The position numbers and the translations under genes were made by a program. 58,314 bases of DNA from Nitriliruptorales bacterium (GTDB taxonomy: Bacteria > Actinomycetota > Nitriliruptoria > Euzebyales > Egibacteraceae), in the NCBI GenBank assembly GCA_009379795.1, contig WHTC01000001.1:1-58314 (forward strand), read 5' to 3'. Below are positions 49,203-58,168 of the stretch, in pieces. The notes beneath the pieces are model-generated. The model was not told where the DNA came from. It did not search any database and saw only the letters and a list, made by a program, of their open reading frames with translations. The first letter of the stretch is position 1, and the number at the start of each line of letters is the position of its first letter.

Positions 49203-50135
49203 TCAGCGCTGCCCCGCCACCTGCTTGCGGGCCTCACGCCGAGCGCGCTTCTCCTCGTAGTGCTTGGCCATGGCGTCGACCCCGGTCAGGAACTCCGCCA
49301 CCTGGGTGCGTTTCTGCTCCGCCTCGGCGTCGAGGTTCTCGATGTCGAAGAATCCCCAGTGGCGCAGCAACGGCCAGACCACGTCGTCGTGATGCACCCG
49401 CAGGTCGTAGATGCCCGCCTTGGCGATCATCACTGACTTGGTTGAGAACTCCGGCATGCCCGCCCCCGGCATCTCGAAGCGCAGCACCTCATCGGCGATC
49501 GCCTCGACCGCTTCCGAGGGCGCGAGCCGCATGGCGGCGCTCAGCATGTCCCGGTAGAAGACCATGTGCAGATTCTCGTCGGCTGAGATGCGCGCCATGA
49601 TCCTGTCGGCGACCGGGTCCTGGGAGTAGCGGCCGGTGTTGCGGTGGCTGATGCGCGTCGCCAACTCCTGGAAGGCCACGTAGGCCATGCCACGCAGCGC
49701 GTTCTTGTCCCCGCGGTCGTAGCCGACGGACAGCAACTCCATGCGGTGGCGCTCCAGGGCCACCGGGTCCACAGCCCGCGTGACGATCAGGTAGTCGCGC
49801 AGCACGATCGCGTGCCGGCCCTCCTCGGCCGTCCAACGGTGCACCCACTCGATCCAGGCGCTGTCCCCGCGCCGGGCGAACATGTCGTAGATCTCGCGGT
49901 GGTAGCTCGGGAGGTTGTCCTCCGTGAGCAGGTTGACCTCGAAGGCCATCTGCGCCACGCCCGTGAGGCGCGACTGATCCGGTGTCCAGGGCTCCTTGTC
50001 GAAGTCCCGGCCCATCGAATAGGGGATGTAGTCGTGCGGGAACCACTCCTTCTGCACCTTCAGATGGCGCTCGAGCAGCTCACGCGCGACAGGCTCCAAC
50101 TCACCGATCAGATTCCGGTCGTCCGTGATGGCCAT
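49203..50135 (-). CDS. desA: acyl-ACP desaturase (soluble di-iron stearoyl-ACP desaturase family, DesA-like)
   Basis: ..WFPHDYIPYS.., ..LLTEDNLPSYHR.., ..WTAEEGRHA.. and ..ADENLHMVFY.. (di-iron EXXH motifs). Confidence 0.9.
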   Translation of the reverse strand: MAITDDRNLIGELEPVARELLERHLKVQKEWFPHDYIPYSMGRDFDKEPWTPDQSRLTGVAQMAFEVNLLTEDNLPSYHREIYDMFARRGDSAWIEWVHRWTAEEGRHAIVLRDYLIVTRAVDPVALERHRMELLSVGYDRGDKNALRGMAYVAFQELATRISHRNTGRYSQDPVADRIMARISADENLHMVFYRDMLSAAMRLAPSEAVEAIADEVLRFEMPGAGMPEFSTKSVMIAKAGIYDLRVHHDDVVWPLLRHWGFFDIENLDAEAEQKRTQVAEFLTGVDAMAKHYEEKRARREARKQVAGQR

Positions 50136-50160
50136 GGGCGTCCCTTCCTCCGGCTACAGC

Positions 50161-50193
50161 TTACGGTACCGTAACCTACGCCAGCGTAGGTTA
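50161..50193. promoter_or_regulatory. two adjacent perfect palindromes upstream of the desaturase gene (candidate operator)
   Basis: TTACGGTACCGTAA is followed, with a 3-nt overlap, by TAACCTACGC-CA-GCGTAGGTTA. They lie about 25-60 nt upstream of the desA start (50135, minus) and are locally AT-rich. Coordinates could be off by 1-2 nt, so search for the strings. Confidence 0.45.
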
Positions 50194-50316
50194 AACTCGC
50201 CAGCCTGTCGACGCCTGAACCGCCGATCGGCCGGTTTCACGCGAACGTGACCGGCGCCCTCTCCGGGTTGCGGTAAATTCTTGTCCCCCCGAACATTCCG
50301 GCCTCCCAGGAGACCC

Positions 50317-50931
50317 ATGAGCACGCTGATCCTGGCCCGCCACGGGCAATCGATCTGGAACGCCGAGAACCGCTTCACCGGGTGGGTGGATGTCCCCCTG
50401 AACGAGAAGGGCCGTGAGGAGGCGGCGCTGGGCGGGAAGCGACTGGCCGCCGAGCACGTACACGTTGACCGGGCCTTCACGTCCACACTGGACCGGGCCG
50501 TTGAGACGGGCACGATCATCCTGGACGCCCTTGGCCAGGCCGACCTCGAGCAGGTCCGGGCGTGGGAACTGAACGAGCGCTTCTACGGCGCGCTGACCGG
50601 TCGCGACAAAGCCGAGACCGCCAAGAGGTTCGGCGCGGAGCAGGTGCACATCTGGCGCCGCAGCTACGCGACGCCGCCGCCGGGCGGGGAGAGCCTCGAA
50701 GACACCACGAACCGGACGCTCCCGTACTTCCAGGGCGTCGTGCTCAAGGCATGCCGCGAGGTCTCGACGGTCCTGGTCTCGGCCCATGGCAACTCGCTGC
50801 GCGCGATCGTCAAGGTGCTCGATGGCCTGAGCGATGACCAGGTCACCCGGCTGGAGATCCCTACCGGCGTGCCGATCGTCTACGAACTCCGCAACGGCAA
50901 GCCGCTCTCCAAGCGCGTCCTCGACAGCTGA
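50317..50931 (+). CDS. gpmA: 2,3-bisphosphoglycerate-dependent phosphoglycerate mutase (short form, histidine phosphatase family)
   Basis: ATG at 50317 after an AGGAG SD. MSTLILARHGQSIWNAENRFTGWVDVPL.EKG.. (RHG motif), ..ERFYGAL.G.. and ..VSAHGNSLRA... Confidence 0.85.
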   Translation: MSTLILARHGQSIWNAENRFTGWVDVPLNEKGREEAALGGKRLAAEHVHVDRAFTSTLDRAVETGTIILDALGQADLEQVRAWELNERFYGALTGRDKAETAKRFGAEQVHIWRRSYATPPPGGESLEDTTNRTLPYFQGVVLKACREVSTVLVSAHGNSLRAIVKVLDGLSDDQVTRLEIPTGVPIVYELRNGKPLSKRVLDS

Positions 50932-50968
50932 CCCGGCCGGGAACGCCGCGGCCTACCATCGCCGCATC

Positions 50969-51907
50969 ATGATCGAACCCGGCATGCCGAGCCCCAGCGA
51001 CGTGGCCGCGGCCGCCGAACGCATCCGGCCGTACGTACGGCGCACGCCCCTGCTGACGGCCGACCTGGGCGGCTGGCAGGTGACCCTCAAACTGGAGCAC
51101 CTGCAGCTGACCGGGTCGTTCAAGATCCGCAGCGCCACCAATACCCTGCGTTCACTGGATCCACCGCCCGGCGCCGTGGTCGCGGCATCCGGCGGGAACC
51201 ACGGGCTGGGAGTAGCCGCCGCCGCGGCGGCCCTGGGCGCAGCGGCCACGATCGTCGTGCCGGAGTCAGTCCCCGCCGAGAAGGCGCGCCGGATCACCGA
51301 GACCGGGGCCACCGTGGTGCGGCACGGTGGCGAATACGCCGAGGCCGAGGCCCACGCTCGGCGCCTTGCCGAGACGCTCGCCGCGCCGTTCGTCCACCCC
51401 TTCGACGATCCCGCGGTGGTTGCCGGTCAGGGCACGGTCGGGCTGGAATTCGCTCAGGATCTCGGAAGCGCGCGGTTGGCCGAGCGCTGCGACGCGCTGC
51501 TGGTCGCGGTCGGCGGGGGTGGGCTGATCGCGGGCATCGCCACCGCGCTGGAGGGCACCGGGGTACGGGTGGTCGGAGTCGAACCGGTCGGCGTCCCCAC
51601 CATGTCCGCGGCGCTGAAGGCCGGCGAACCGGTGGACGTCGACGTCGACTCGGTGGCCGCCTCGGCGCTGGGCGCGCGCCGGACGTCCCCGCTCAACCTG
51701 GCGGTCGCGCAACGCGCCGTGGACCGGGTGGTGCTGGTGGAGGACGAGGAGATCCTGGCCGCCCGCGATCTGCTGTGGGAGGCCTGCCGGTTGGCGGTGG
51801 AACCGGCCGGCGCGCTCGGCCTCGCGGCCCTGCTGACGGGCACGATCGAGGCCGAGCGGCCCGGCCTGGTACTGTGCGGCGCCAACAGCGCCTGGCGGCC
51901 GGCGTGA
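50969..51907 (+). CDS. PLP-dependent serine/threonine dehydratase family protein
   Basis: The internal ATG at 50969 is used. ..RTPLL......V.LKLEHLQLTGSFKIRSATN.. (PLP lysine) and ..ASGGNHG... Confidence 0.8.
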   Translation: MIEPGMPSPSDVAAAAERIRPYVRRTPLLTADLGGWQVTLKLEHLQLTGSFKIRSATNTLRSLDPPPGAVVAASGGNHGLGVAAAAAALGAAATIVVPESVPAEKARRITETGATVVRHGGEYAEAEAHARRLAETLAAPFVHPFDDPAVVAGQGTVGLEFAQDLGSARLAERCDALLVAVGGGGLIAGIATALEGTGVRVVGVEPVGVPTMSAALKAGEPVDVDVDSVAASALGARRTSPLNLAVAQRAVDRVVLVEDEEILAARDLLWEACRLAVEPAGALGLAALLTGTIEAERPGLVLCGANSAWRPA

Positions 51908-51917
51908 CCCGGGGACC

Positions 51918-52206
51918 TCAGGCGGACCGCCTCTGGCCCTCGTGCCTGCCTTCGGCGAACTCCTCGACGATCTTGGCGCAGAACGCCGGCAGGTCGGCGG
52001 GCTTGCGGCTGGAGACCAGTCCCTGGTCGGTCACGACCTCCTGGTCGACCCAATTGGCGCCGGCGTTGCGCAGGTCGGTGCGCAGGCTGGGCCACGAGGT
52101 GATCGTGCGGCCGCGTAACCACATCGGCTTCCACGAGCGTCCACGGACCGTGGCAAATCACGCCCACGGGTTTGCCGGCGGTGAAGAACGCCCTGGTCAC
52201 GGCCAC
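51918..52206 (-). pseudogene. DJ-1/PfpI (YhbO-like) glutamine-amidotransferase-fold remnant, 5'-truncated and frameshifted
   Basis: Reads ..[27 protein letters not shown], then a frame change at about 52116, then [53 protein letters not shown]... Removing one nucleotide restores ..[12 protein letters not shown]... Only about 90 nt remain before the divergent pepA start, so the N-terminal half is absent. Confidence 0.65.
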
Positions 52207-52295
52207 GCCGATACCCGGTCCCCGGTCGGTACACCCGTCCCGCCGTAGACTCCGTCGCCTTCGCTCGACATTCCTGCTGCAGGGAGGAACCCCAG

Positions 52296-53768
52296 GTGCT
52301 GAAGGTCACCGCCGAGGCCGCGGATCCTCGTGAGATCCGCGCTGACCTGCTGGTCGTCCCGGTGTTCAAGGGTGGGATCGAGGGCCCCGGCGCGCAGTTG
52401 ACGCTCGCCGCTCTGGATCTGGAGCGCTTCCCGATCACGCCGAGCTTCCGCGGCGACATCGGACAGAGCCTGCTGCTCGCCGCGCCCGGGCTGTCGACCG
52501 GCGGTGTGCTGCTCGTCGGCCTTGGCCGCATGGACGAGGTGAACGCCGAGCGCTTACGCAGCGCCTCGGGGGTTGCCGCGAAAGCCGCCCGAAGCGTCCA
52601 GCGCGTCGCCACCACCCTGCCGCAGGTCGACCTGAGCCGGTCCAGCGTCGAGGCCGTGGCTGAGGGTTTCGTACTCGGGGCCCACGCGGACACCCGCTTC
52701 AAGACGCGCATCCACGAGCCGAGCGAGTTGAACGAGGTCGTCGTCCTGGTGCCCTCCAGCCGACTCGAGGAGGCTCGGCGGGCAATCGAGCACGCCGCGG
52801 TGACCAGCGGGGCCACCCTGACAGCCCGTGACCTGGTCAACCTCCCGCCCGATCGCAAACGCCCGCCCGAACTGGCCCAACTGGTGTCAGAGGCGGCCGG
52901 GGGCGCCTGTGACGTGCGCATCCGCGGGGCACAGGAACTGGCGGCCGAGGGGTTCGGCGCGATCACCGCCGTCGGCCGCGGCTCCAGCGCACCGCCTCAC
53001 CTGGTCGAACTGCGCTACACGCCAGCCGACCCCATCGGCGCGGTCGTGCTGGTGGGCAAAGGCATCACCTTCGACACCGGCGGCATCAACCTCAAGCGTG
53101 GCAACACGATCACCCAGATGAAGGGCGACATGGCCGGAGCGGCCGCCGTGGCGGCCACCTGCGCCGCGCTGGCCGACCTCGGAGTCCGGCTGCGGGTCAC
53201 CGGCCTGTGCCCGCTTGCGGAGAACATGCCCGGCGCCGACGCTCAGCGCCCCGACGACGTGCTGACCACGCATGGCGGCCTCACCGTCGAGGTGCGTGAC
53301 ACCGACGCGGAGGGACGTCTGGTGCTGGCCGATGCGCTGGATTACGGCGCGAGCCTGGAACCCGACGCCATGGTCGACGTGGCGACCCTGACCGGCTCGG
53401 CGGTCAGCGCGCTCGGACCGTATGCGGCGGGCGTGATGGGCAGCGACACGGAACTGGTCGAGGCGCTGCGCGCGGCCGCGAGGGTGGCGGGCGAGGACCT
53501 GTGGCCGCTGCCGCTGTGGCCGGGCCTGGAGCGGCACCTGGACTCCCCCATCGCCGACATCAACAACACCGGTGACGACCACGGCGGCGGCGCGATCATG
53601 GGCGGGCTCTTCCTGCGGCGCTTCACCCACGGGGTGCCCTGGGCGCACCTGGACATCGCCGGGCCAGCCTTCCTGACCCACGACCTCGCTCGGGGGTATC
53701 TGCCGGCCGGTGGCACCGGGTACGGCGTGCGGACCCTGCTGGCCTGGTTGGAGCGCCGGCCGGCCTGA
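52296..53768 (+). CDS. pepA: leucyl aminopeptidase (M17 family)
   Basis: ..VGKGITFDTGGINLK.., ..MKGDMAGAAAV.. and ..NTDAEGRLVLADAL... GTG start after an AGGGAGGAA SD. Confidence 0.9.
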   Translation: MLKVTAEAADPREIRADLLVVPVFKGGIEGPGAQLTLAALDLERFPITPSFRGDIGQSLLLAAPGLSTGGVLLVGLGRMDEVNAERLRSASGVAAKAARSVQRVATTLPQVDLSRSSVEAVAEGFVLGAHADTRFKTRIHEPSELNEVVVLVPSSRLEEARRAIEHAAVTSGATLTARDLVNLPPDRKRPPELAQLVSEAAGGACDVRIRGAQELAAEGFGAITAVGRGSSAPPHLVELRYTPADPIGAVVLVGKGITFDTGGINLKRGNTITQMKGDMAGAAAVAATCAALADLGVRLRVTGLCPLAENMPGADAQRPDDVLTTHGGLTVEVRDTDAEGRLVLADALDYGASLEPDAMVDVATLTGSAVSALGPYAAGVMGSDTELVEALRAAARVAGEDLWPLPLWPGLERHLDSPIADINNTGDDHGGGAIMGGLFLRRFTHGVPWAHLDIAGPAFLTHDLARGYLPAGGTGYGVRTLLAWLERRPA

Positions 53769-53810
53769 CGGCCGGGCCAGGCGGTGGATCGTGTGGGCTT
53801 CGGGCACCTG

Positions 53811-55316
53811 TCAGGCCTGGCGCGTTGCGGGACGTTCCCAGCGCAGCCGCAGCCGCCGGGCAGCCAGCGCCTCGTCCAGGCGACCGACAGGCGTGGTTGT
53901 GGGGGCCTCGCGCAGTAGATCGGGGGCCTGGTCGGCCTCGCCGACGGCCTGGCGGACCGCGGCGACGAAGGCGTCCAGCGTCTCGCGGGACTCCGCCTCG
54001 GTGGGCTCCACCATGAGCGCCTCGTCCACGATCAACGGGAAGTAGTTGGTCGGCGGATGGAAGCCGAGGTCGATCAGGCGCTTGCACAGGTCGGTGACCC
54101 GCAACCCGTCGGCGCGCAACCGGGAGCCGCTGGAGACGAACTCGTGCATCGGCTGGTGCTGCGGATAGCCCAAGGGCAGCAGGTCGGTGACCTGCGTGGC
54201 CACGTAGTTGGCGTTGAGCACGGCCTTGGCGCTCATGCTCGCCAGTCCGTCACAACCGTGCGCGCACAGGTAGGCATAGGCGCGGACCAGGACCGCGATG
54301 TTGCCGTGGAAACCGTGCAGGCGCCCGATCGACTTGGGCCGGTCGGCGTCCCAGATGAAGTGCGGTCGCCGCTGCTCGTCGGTGTGCCGGACGACCACGG
54401 GTGCGGGCAGGTACGGCGCGAGACGGTCGGAGACCAGCACCGGGCCGGCGCCAGGACCGCCACCCCCGTGGGGGGTCGCGAAGGTCTTGTGGACGTTCAG
54501 ATGGACGACGTCGAAGCCCATGTCCCCGGGCCGGACCCGGCCGCAGATGGCGTTGAAGTTCGCGCCGTCGTAGTACAGCAGCGCTCCGACCGCCCGCAAC
54601 GCTTTGCTGATGCGCTCGATCTCGACCTCGAACAGCCCCACGGTGTTGGGGTTGGTCAGCATCAGCCCCGCGGTGTCGTCGCTGATCAGCCGCTCCAGGG
54701 CCTCGACGTCGACCAGGCCGTCAGGGCCGCTGGGGACCGTCACCACGTCGTAGCCGCACATCGCCGCGCTGGCCGGGTTGGTGCCGTGCGCGGAGTCGGG
54801 CACGATGATCGTGCGGCGCGCGTCGCCACGGTCCTCGTGATAGGCGCGGATCAGCATCAACCCGGTGAGCTCACCCTGGGCGCCCGCAGCGGGCTGGAAC
54901 GTCGCCGCGGACAGCCCGGTCAACTCGACCAGCCACTGCTCCAGTTCCCACAGCAGCTCCAGGGTGCCCTGCGTGGCCTCGTCGGGCGCCCACGGATGGA
55001 GGTTACGGAACCCTGGCAGCGCGGCGACCGCCTCCGCCTGCCGCGGGTTGTACTTCATGGAGCACGACCCCAGCGGGTAGAAGCCGACGTCGATGCCGTG
55101 GTTACGCTGCGACAGGCGGGTGTAATGCCGCACGACATCCAACTCGCCCAGCTCCGGAAGCGCGGGAGGAGCGCCGGCGAGTTCCACCCCGGGCAGGACC
55201 TCGGCCGGATCCGCCGCCGGGACGTCCAGCGCGGGCATCGTCGAGGCGCGGCGGCCGGGACGCGACTTCTCGAACGCCGTGGGCTCGGCGGCGTGGCGCG
55301 GTCCCATGAGGCTCAT
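53811..55316 (-). CDS. gcvPB: glycine dehydrogenase (aminomethyl-transferring) subunit 2
   Basis: ..VVRHYTRLSQRNHGIDVGFYPLGSCSMKYNP.. and ..HLNVHKTFATPHGGGGPG.. (PLP lysine). The ATG overlaps the gcvPA stop (ATGA). Confidence 0.9.
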   Translation of the reverse strand: MSLMGPRHAAEPTAFEKSRPGRRASTMPALDVPAADPAEVLPGVELAGAPPALPELGELDVVRHYTRLSQRNHGIDVGFYPLGSCSMKYNPRQAEAVAALPGFRNLHPWAPDEATQGTLELLWELEQWLVELTGLSAATFQPAAGAQGELTGLMLIRAYHEDRGDARRTIIVPDSAHGTNPASAAMCGYDVVTVPSGPDGLVDVEALERLISDDTAGLMLTNPNTVGLFEVEIERISKALRAVGALLYYDGANFNAICGRVRPGDMGFDVVHLNVHKTFATPHGGGGPGAGPVLVSDRLAPYLPAPVVVRHTDEQRRPHFIWDADRPKSIGRLHGFHGNIAVLVRAYAYLCAHGCDGLASMSAKAVLNANYVATQVTDLLPLGYPQHQPMHEFVSSGSRLRADGLRVTDLCKRLIDLGFHPPTNYFPLIVDEALMVEPTEAESRETLDAFVAAVRQAVGEADQAPDLLREAPTTTPVGRLDEALAARRLRLRWERPATRQA

Positions 55317-56773
55317 CGCGCCCCCTCCCGCCGCAGGCCGGCAACCGCGGAGGCGTGCTCGGCTGAGGGCCCGTCAGGCCGCAGTCCCGCGCCGTCGCCT
55401 GGCCTCCCCCTGCGCCGCCGCTGCTCGCTGAGCACGGCGGCCAGCGCTTCGGCCAACCCCTCGACCTCCCCGGCGGTGCGCCGCTCGGTGGTGGCCACCA
55501 TGACCGCGCCGGCGGCGGGTCCGTCCGGCACGACCGGCCCCACCAGGTAGCCCGCCGCGTGCAGGGCACGGACCGCGGCGGGGGGATCATCCACGTCGAG
55601 GCGAAGCGGGAACTCCTTGAGGAACGGGCCGTCGACGGCCACCTCGGCGCCGTCGACGCGGGCCAGGCGCGCGGCCGCGTGCCGCGCCCGGGACAGGCTG
55701 GCGTGCGCCAACTCGCGCAGGCCCTCCGGCCCCAGCCAGGCGAGGTGAATCAGGGCGGCGAGCGCGCACAGGGTCTGGTTGGTGCAGATGTTGCTGGTGG
55801 CCTTCTCCCGCCGGATGTCCTGCTCTCGCGCGCGCAGCGTCATCACATAGCCGCGGATGCCGTGCCCGTCGACGGTCTCCCCGACGACCCGGCCCGGCAG
55901 ACGGCGGACCTGATCGGCGGCGCAGGCCAGGAAGCCGAAGGTCGGGCCGCCGTAGGACAGCCCCTGGCCGAGCGGTTGACCCTCTCCTACCACCAGATCG
56001 GCACCCTGGCTTCCGGGCGTGGCCAGCAACCCGACGGCCGTGGGCTCGAGCTTGACGATCAACTTCGCTCCCGATGCATGCGCCGCCTCGGCGTGAGCGC
56101 GCACGTCCTCGACGATCCCGAGCGCGTTGGGCTGCTGGATGACCACCGCGGCGACCCCCTCGGCCAGGTCGGCGACGGGCGTCCGCCCGCTGGTCGCATC
56201 CACGGGCAGCACATGCACCGGGCGCCCGAGCGGGTGGGCGTAGGTCGCCACCACCTGCCGGGAAGGCAGGTCGAGCGCGCCGGATGAGGCCACCGATGCG
56301 GGCGGAGCGCCCTCAGCGCGGCGCGCGACGGCCGCGCAGGCCATCGACACCGCCTCGGCCACCGCGGAGCCGCCGTCATACAGGCTGGCGTTGCTGATCG
56401 GCAGGCCGGTCAACTCCGAGATGACCGTCTGGTACTCGAACAATGCCTGCAGGACGCCCTGGCTGACCTCGGGCTGATAGGGGGTGTAGGAGGTCAGGAA
56501 CTCTCCGCGCCCCACGATCGCGCCCACCAGTGCGGGCACGTAGTGATCGTAGGCGCCGCCGCCGGCGAAGCAGATCGCGCCGGTGTCGTTGTGGCCGGCC
56601 AGTTGGGTGACCCTGCGCAGGACCTCGTCCTCGCTGCGACCGGGTGGGAGGTCGAGCGCCCGATCAAGCCGGAGCGAGGCTGGGATGTGGTCGAACAGCG
56701 CATCAAGACTCGGTCTGCCCACCACCTCGAGCATCTCGGCGACGTCGGTGTCGGTGTGCGGGGCGAAGTCCAC
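55313..56773 (-). CDS. gcvPA: glycine dehydrogenase (aminomethyl-transferring) subunit 1
   Basis: MDFAPHTDTDVAEMLEVVG..SLDALFDHIP..LR.., ..FAGGGAYDHYVPA.. and ..TSYTPYQPEVSQG... It carries an Arg/Gly-rich C-terminal extension. Confidence 0.9.
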   Translation of the reverse strand: MDFAPHTDTDVAEMLEVVGRPSLDALFDHIPASLRLDRALDLPPGRSEDEVLRRVTQLAGHNDTGAICFAGGGAYDHYVPALVGAIVGRGEFLTSYTPYQPEVSQGVLQALFEYQTVISELTGLPISNASLYDGGSAVAEAVSMACAAVARRAEGAPPASVASSGALDLPSRQVVATYAHPLGRPVHVLPVDATSGRTPVADLAEGVAAVVIQQPNALGIVEDVRAHAEAAHASGAKLIVKLEPTAVGLLATPGSQGADLVVGEGQPLGQGLSYGGPTFGFLACAADQVRRLPGRVVGETVDGHGIRGYVMTLRAREQDIRREKATSNICTNQTLCALAALIHLAWLGPEGLRELAHASLSRARHAAARLARVDGAEVAVDGPFLKEFPLRLDVDDPPAAVRALHAAGYLVGPVVPDGPAAGAVMVATTERRTAGEVEGLAEALAAVLSEQRRRRGRPGDGAGLRPDGPSAEHASAVAGLRREGAR

Positions 56774-56907
56774 GCATGCTCCTCGGACGCGAGCGGTGCC
56801 GGTCGCGCGAGGCGGGGCCGGACCAGGGCCCGCCGCCCCGGCGGATTGAAGGGAGTCTACCGTCGAGCCTTCTCAGGCCGGAGTGCGGCGGACGAGGGGC
56901 GCACTGC

Positions 56908-57444
56908 TCAGGTGCCGGCGTCGGCCTGACCATGCGGCGCTTCGCGGGGTGCGCTCTGCCCGTGCTCCACCCGCTCGGCGGACAACCGCAGCACTTCGGC
57001 CTCGGTCTCGGCATAGACCGGTGACACGGCGATCGCGAAGACGCCCTGGCCCTGCTGCAGCAAGTCGATCAACTGGCGGTCGTCGTCCAGTGCGTACACC
57101 GTCGAGCCGTCGCTCACCAGGGTGACGTCCCGGAGCGACAGCCCGCGATCACGGACGAAGTCCACGGCACTGCGGATGCGTTTGAGGCTGACGCCGGCGT
57201 CCAGCAACCGCCGGATCAGCTTGAGTTGGACGATGTCCTCGAAGCTGTACAGCCGCTGGGAGCCGGAGCCTTCCGCGTCGCGGACCGAGGCCCGCACCAG
57301 GCCGGTGGTCGTCCAGTAGTCCAGCTGCCGATAGGTGATGCCGACCATCTTGCCGACGGCGGGTCCGCGGTAGCCGGAACGGGCGTCGTCCAACCCGGGG
57401 AGCGGGATCTGCTCCGCGTTTCGGTACCTGCGGGCCGCGCTCAC
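56908..57444 (-). CDS. MerR family transcriptional regulator
   Basis: ..VGKMVGITYRQLDYWTTTGLV..........QRLYSFEDIVQLKLIRRLLDAGVSLKRIR.. (MerR HTH). Its position between the bifunctional nuclease gene and gcvP matches the conserved actinobacterial arrangement. Confidence 0.85.
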   Translation of the reverse strand: MSAARRYRNAEQIPLPGLDDARSGYRGPAVGKMVGITYRQLDYWTTTGLVRASVRDAEGSGSQRLYSFEDIVQLKLIRRLLDAGVSLKRIRSAVDFVRDRGLSLRDVTLVSDGSTVYALDDDRQLIDLLQQGQGVFAIAVSPVYAETEAEVLRLSAERVEHGQSAPREAPHGQADAGT

Positions 57445-57557
57445 GATCCTCCCACGCTCGGCGTCCTGGACTGCACCTGGAAAGTCCCAGCCCGGTGATT
57501 ACACGTGAGATGAACACCGCCGTCAAGGACAACGTGCGAGTCCGGACTCCACCGCGC

Positions 57558-58037
57558 CTAGCGGAAGTCTTCGGGGCTGACGCTGTCGAGGAACTCCTTG
57601 AACTGCTCCACCTCAGCCTCGTCGTCGTCCTCGATCTCGATGCCGGCCTCGGCCAGCACCGCCTCCTCGGCGAAGATCGGGACGGTGGCGCGGACCGCGA
57701 GAGCAATGGCGTCCGAGGGCCGAGAGGACACGATCACCGAGCTCCCGTCCGAAGTCATCTGGATCTCCGCGTAGAACGTTCCCTCACGCAGGGCGGTGAC
57801 CACGATCCGGTCCACCGACACCGACAGCCCTGTCAACAGGTCTTTCATGAGGTCATGGGTCATCGGGCGCTGCGTCACCACACCCTGGAGGGCGAACGCG
57901 ATGGAGGTGGCCTCCACGGCGCCGATCCAGATGGGCAGGAACCGGTCTCCTTCGCGTTCCTTGAGCAGCACGATCGGCTGATTGTGCGGGAGTTCCACCC
58001 GCACGCCCACCAATTCCAGCTCGATCACTGTCGACAC
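57558..58037 (-). CDS. bifunctional nuclease family protein (DUF151/BFN domain)
   Basis: ..ELVGVRVELPHNQPIVLLKEREGDRFLPIWIGAVEATSIAFALQGV...RPMTHDLMKDLL... An alternative GTG start at 58028 has better SD spacing. Confidence 0.85.
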   Translation of the reverse strand: MSTVIELELVGVRVELPHNQPIVLLKEREGDRFLPIWIGAVEATSIAFALQGVVTQRPMTHDLMKDLLTGLSVSVDRIVVTALREGTFYAEIQMTSDGSSVIVSSRPSDAIALAVRATVPIFAEEAVLAEAGIEIEDDDEAEVEQFKEFLDSVSPEDFR

Positions 58038-58168
58038 CTCCGTCCCGGACCCCAGGAGCCAGGGAGCGAAGTCTACGGTGGACCTGGAGGCCCCTCAATG
58101 AGACGGCCGAGCGCTTTCGCCTCCTTCCAGGAAAAATGCGCCAAGGACGAAAACCAGCGGCGAGCCGG

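Noticed and set aside
56774-56907. A glycine riboswitch in the gcvPA leader. A GGGAG...CTCAGGCC string is visible.
   Set aside because: The GGGAGTCTACCGTCGAGCCTTCTCAGGCC string is on the wrong (plus) strand for the minus-strand gene. It is far too compact to hold the P2/P3 helices, and it lacks the CCGAAGG.GCAA core. The minus-strand leader shows none of the conserved cores.
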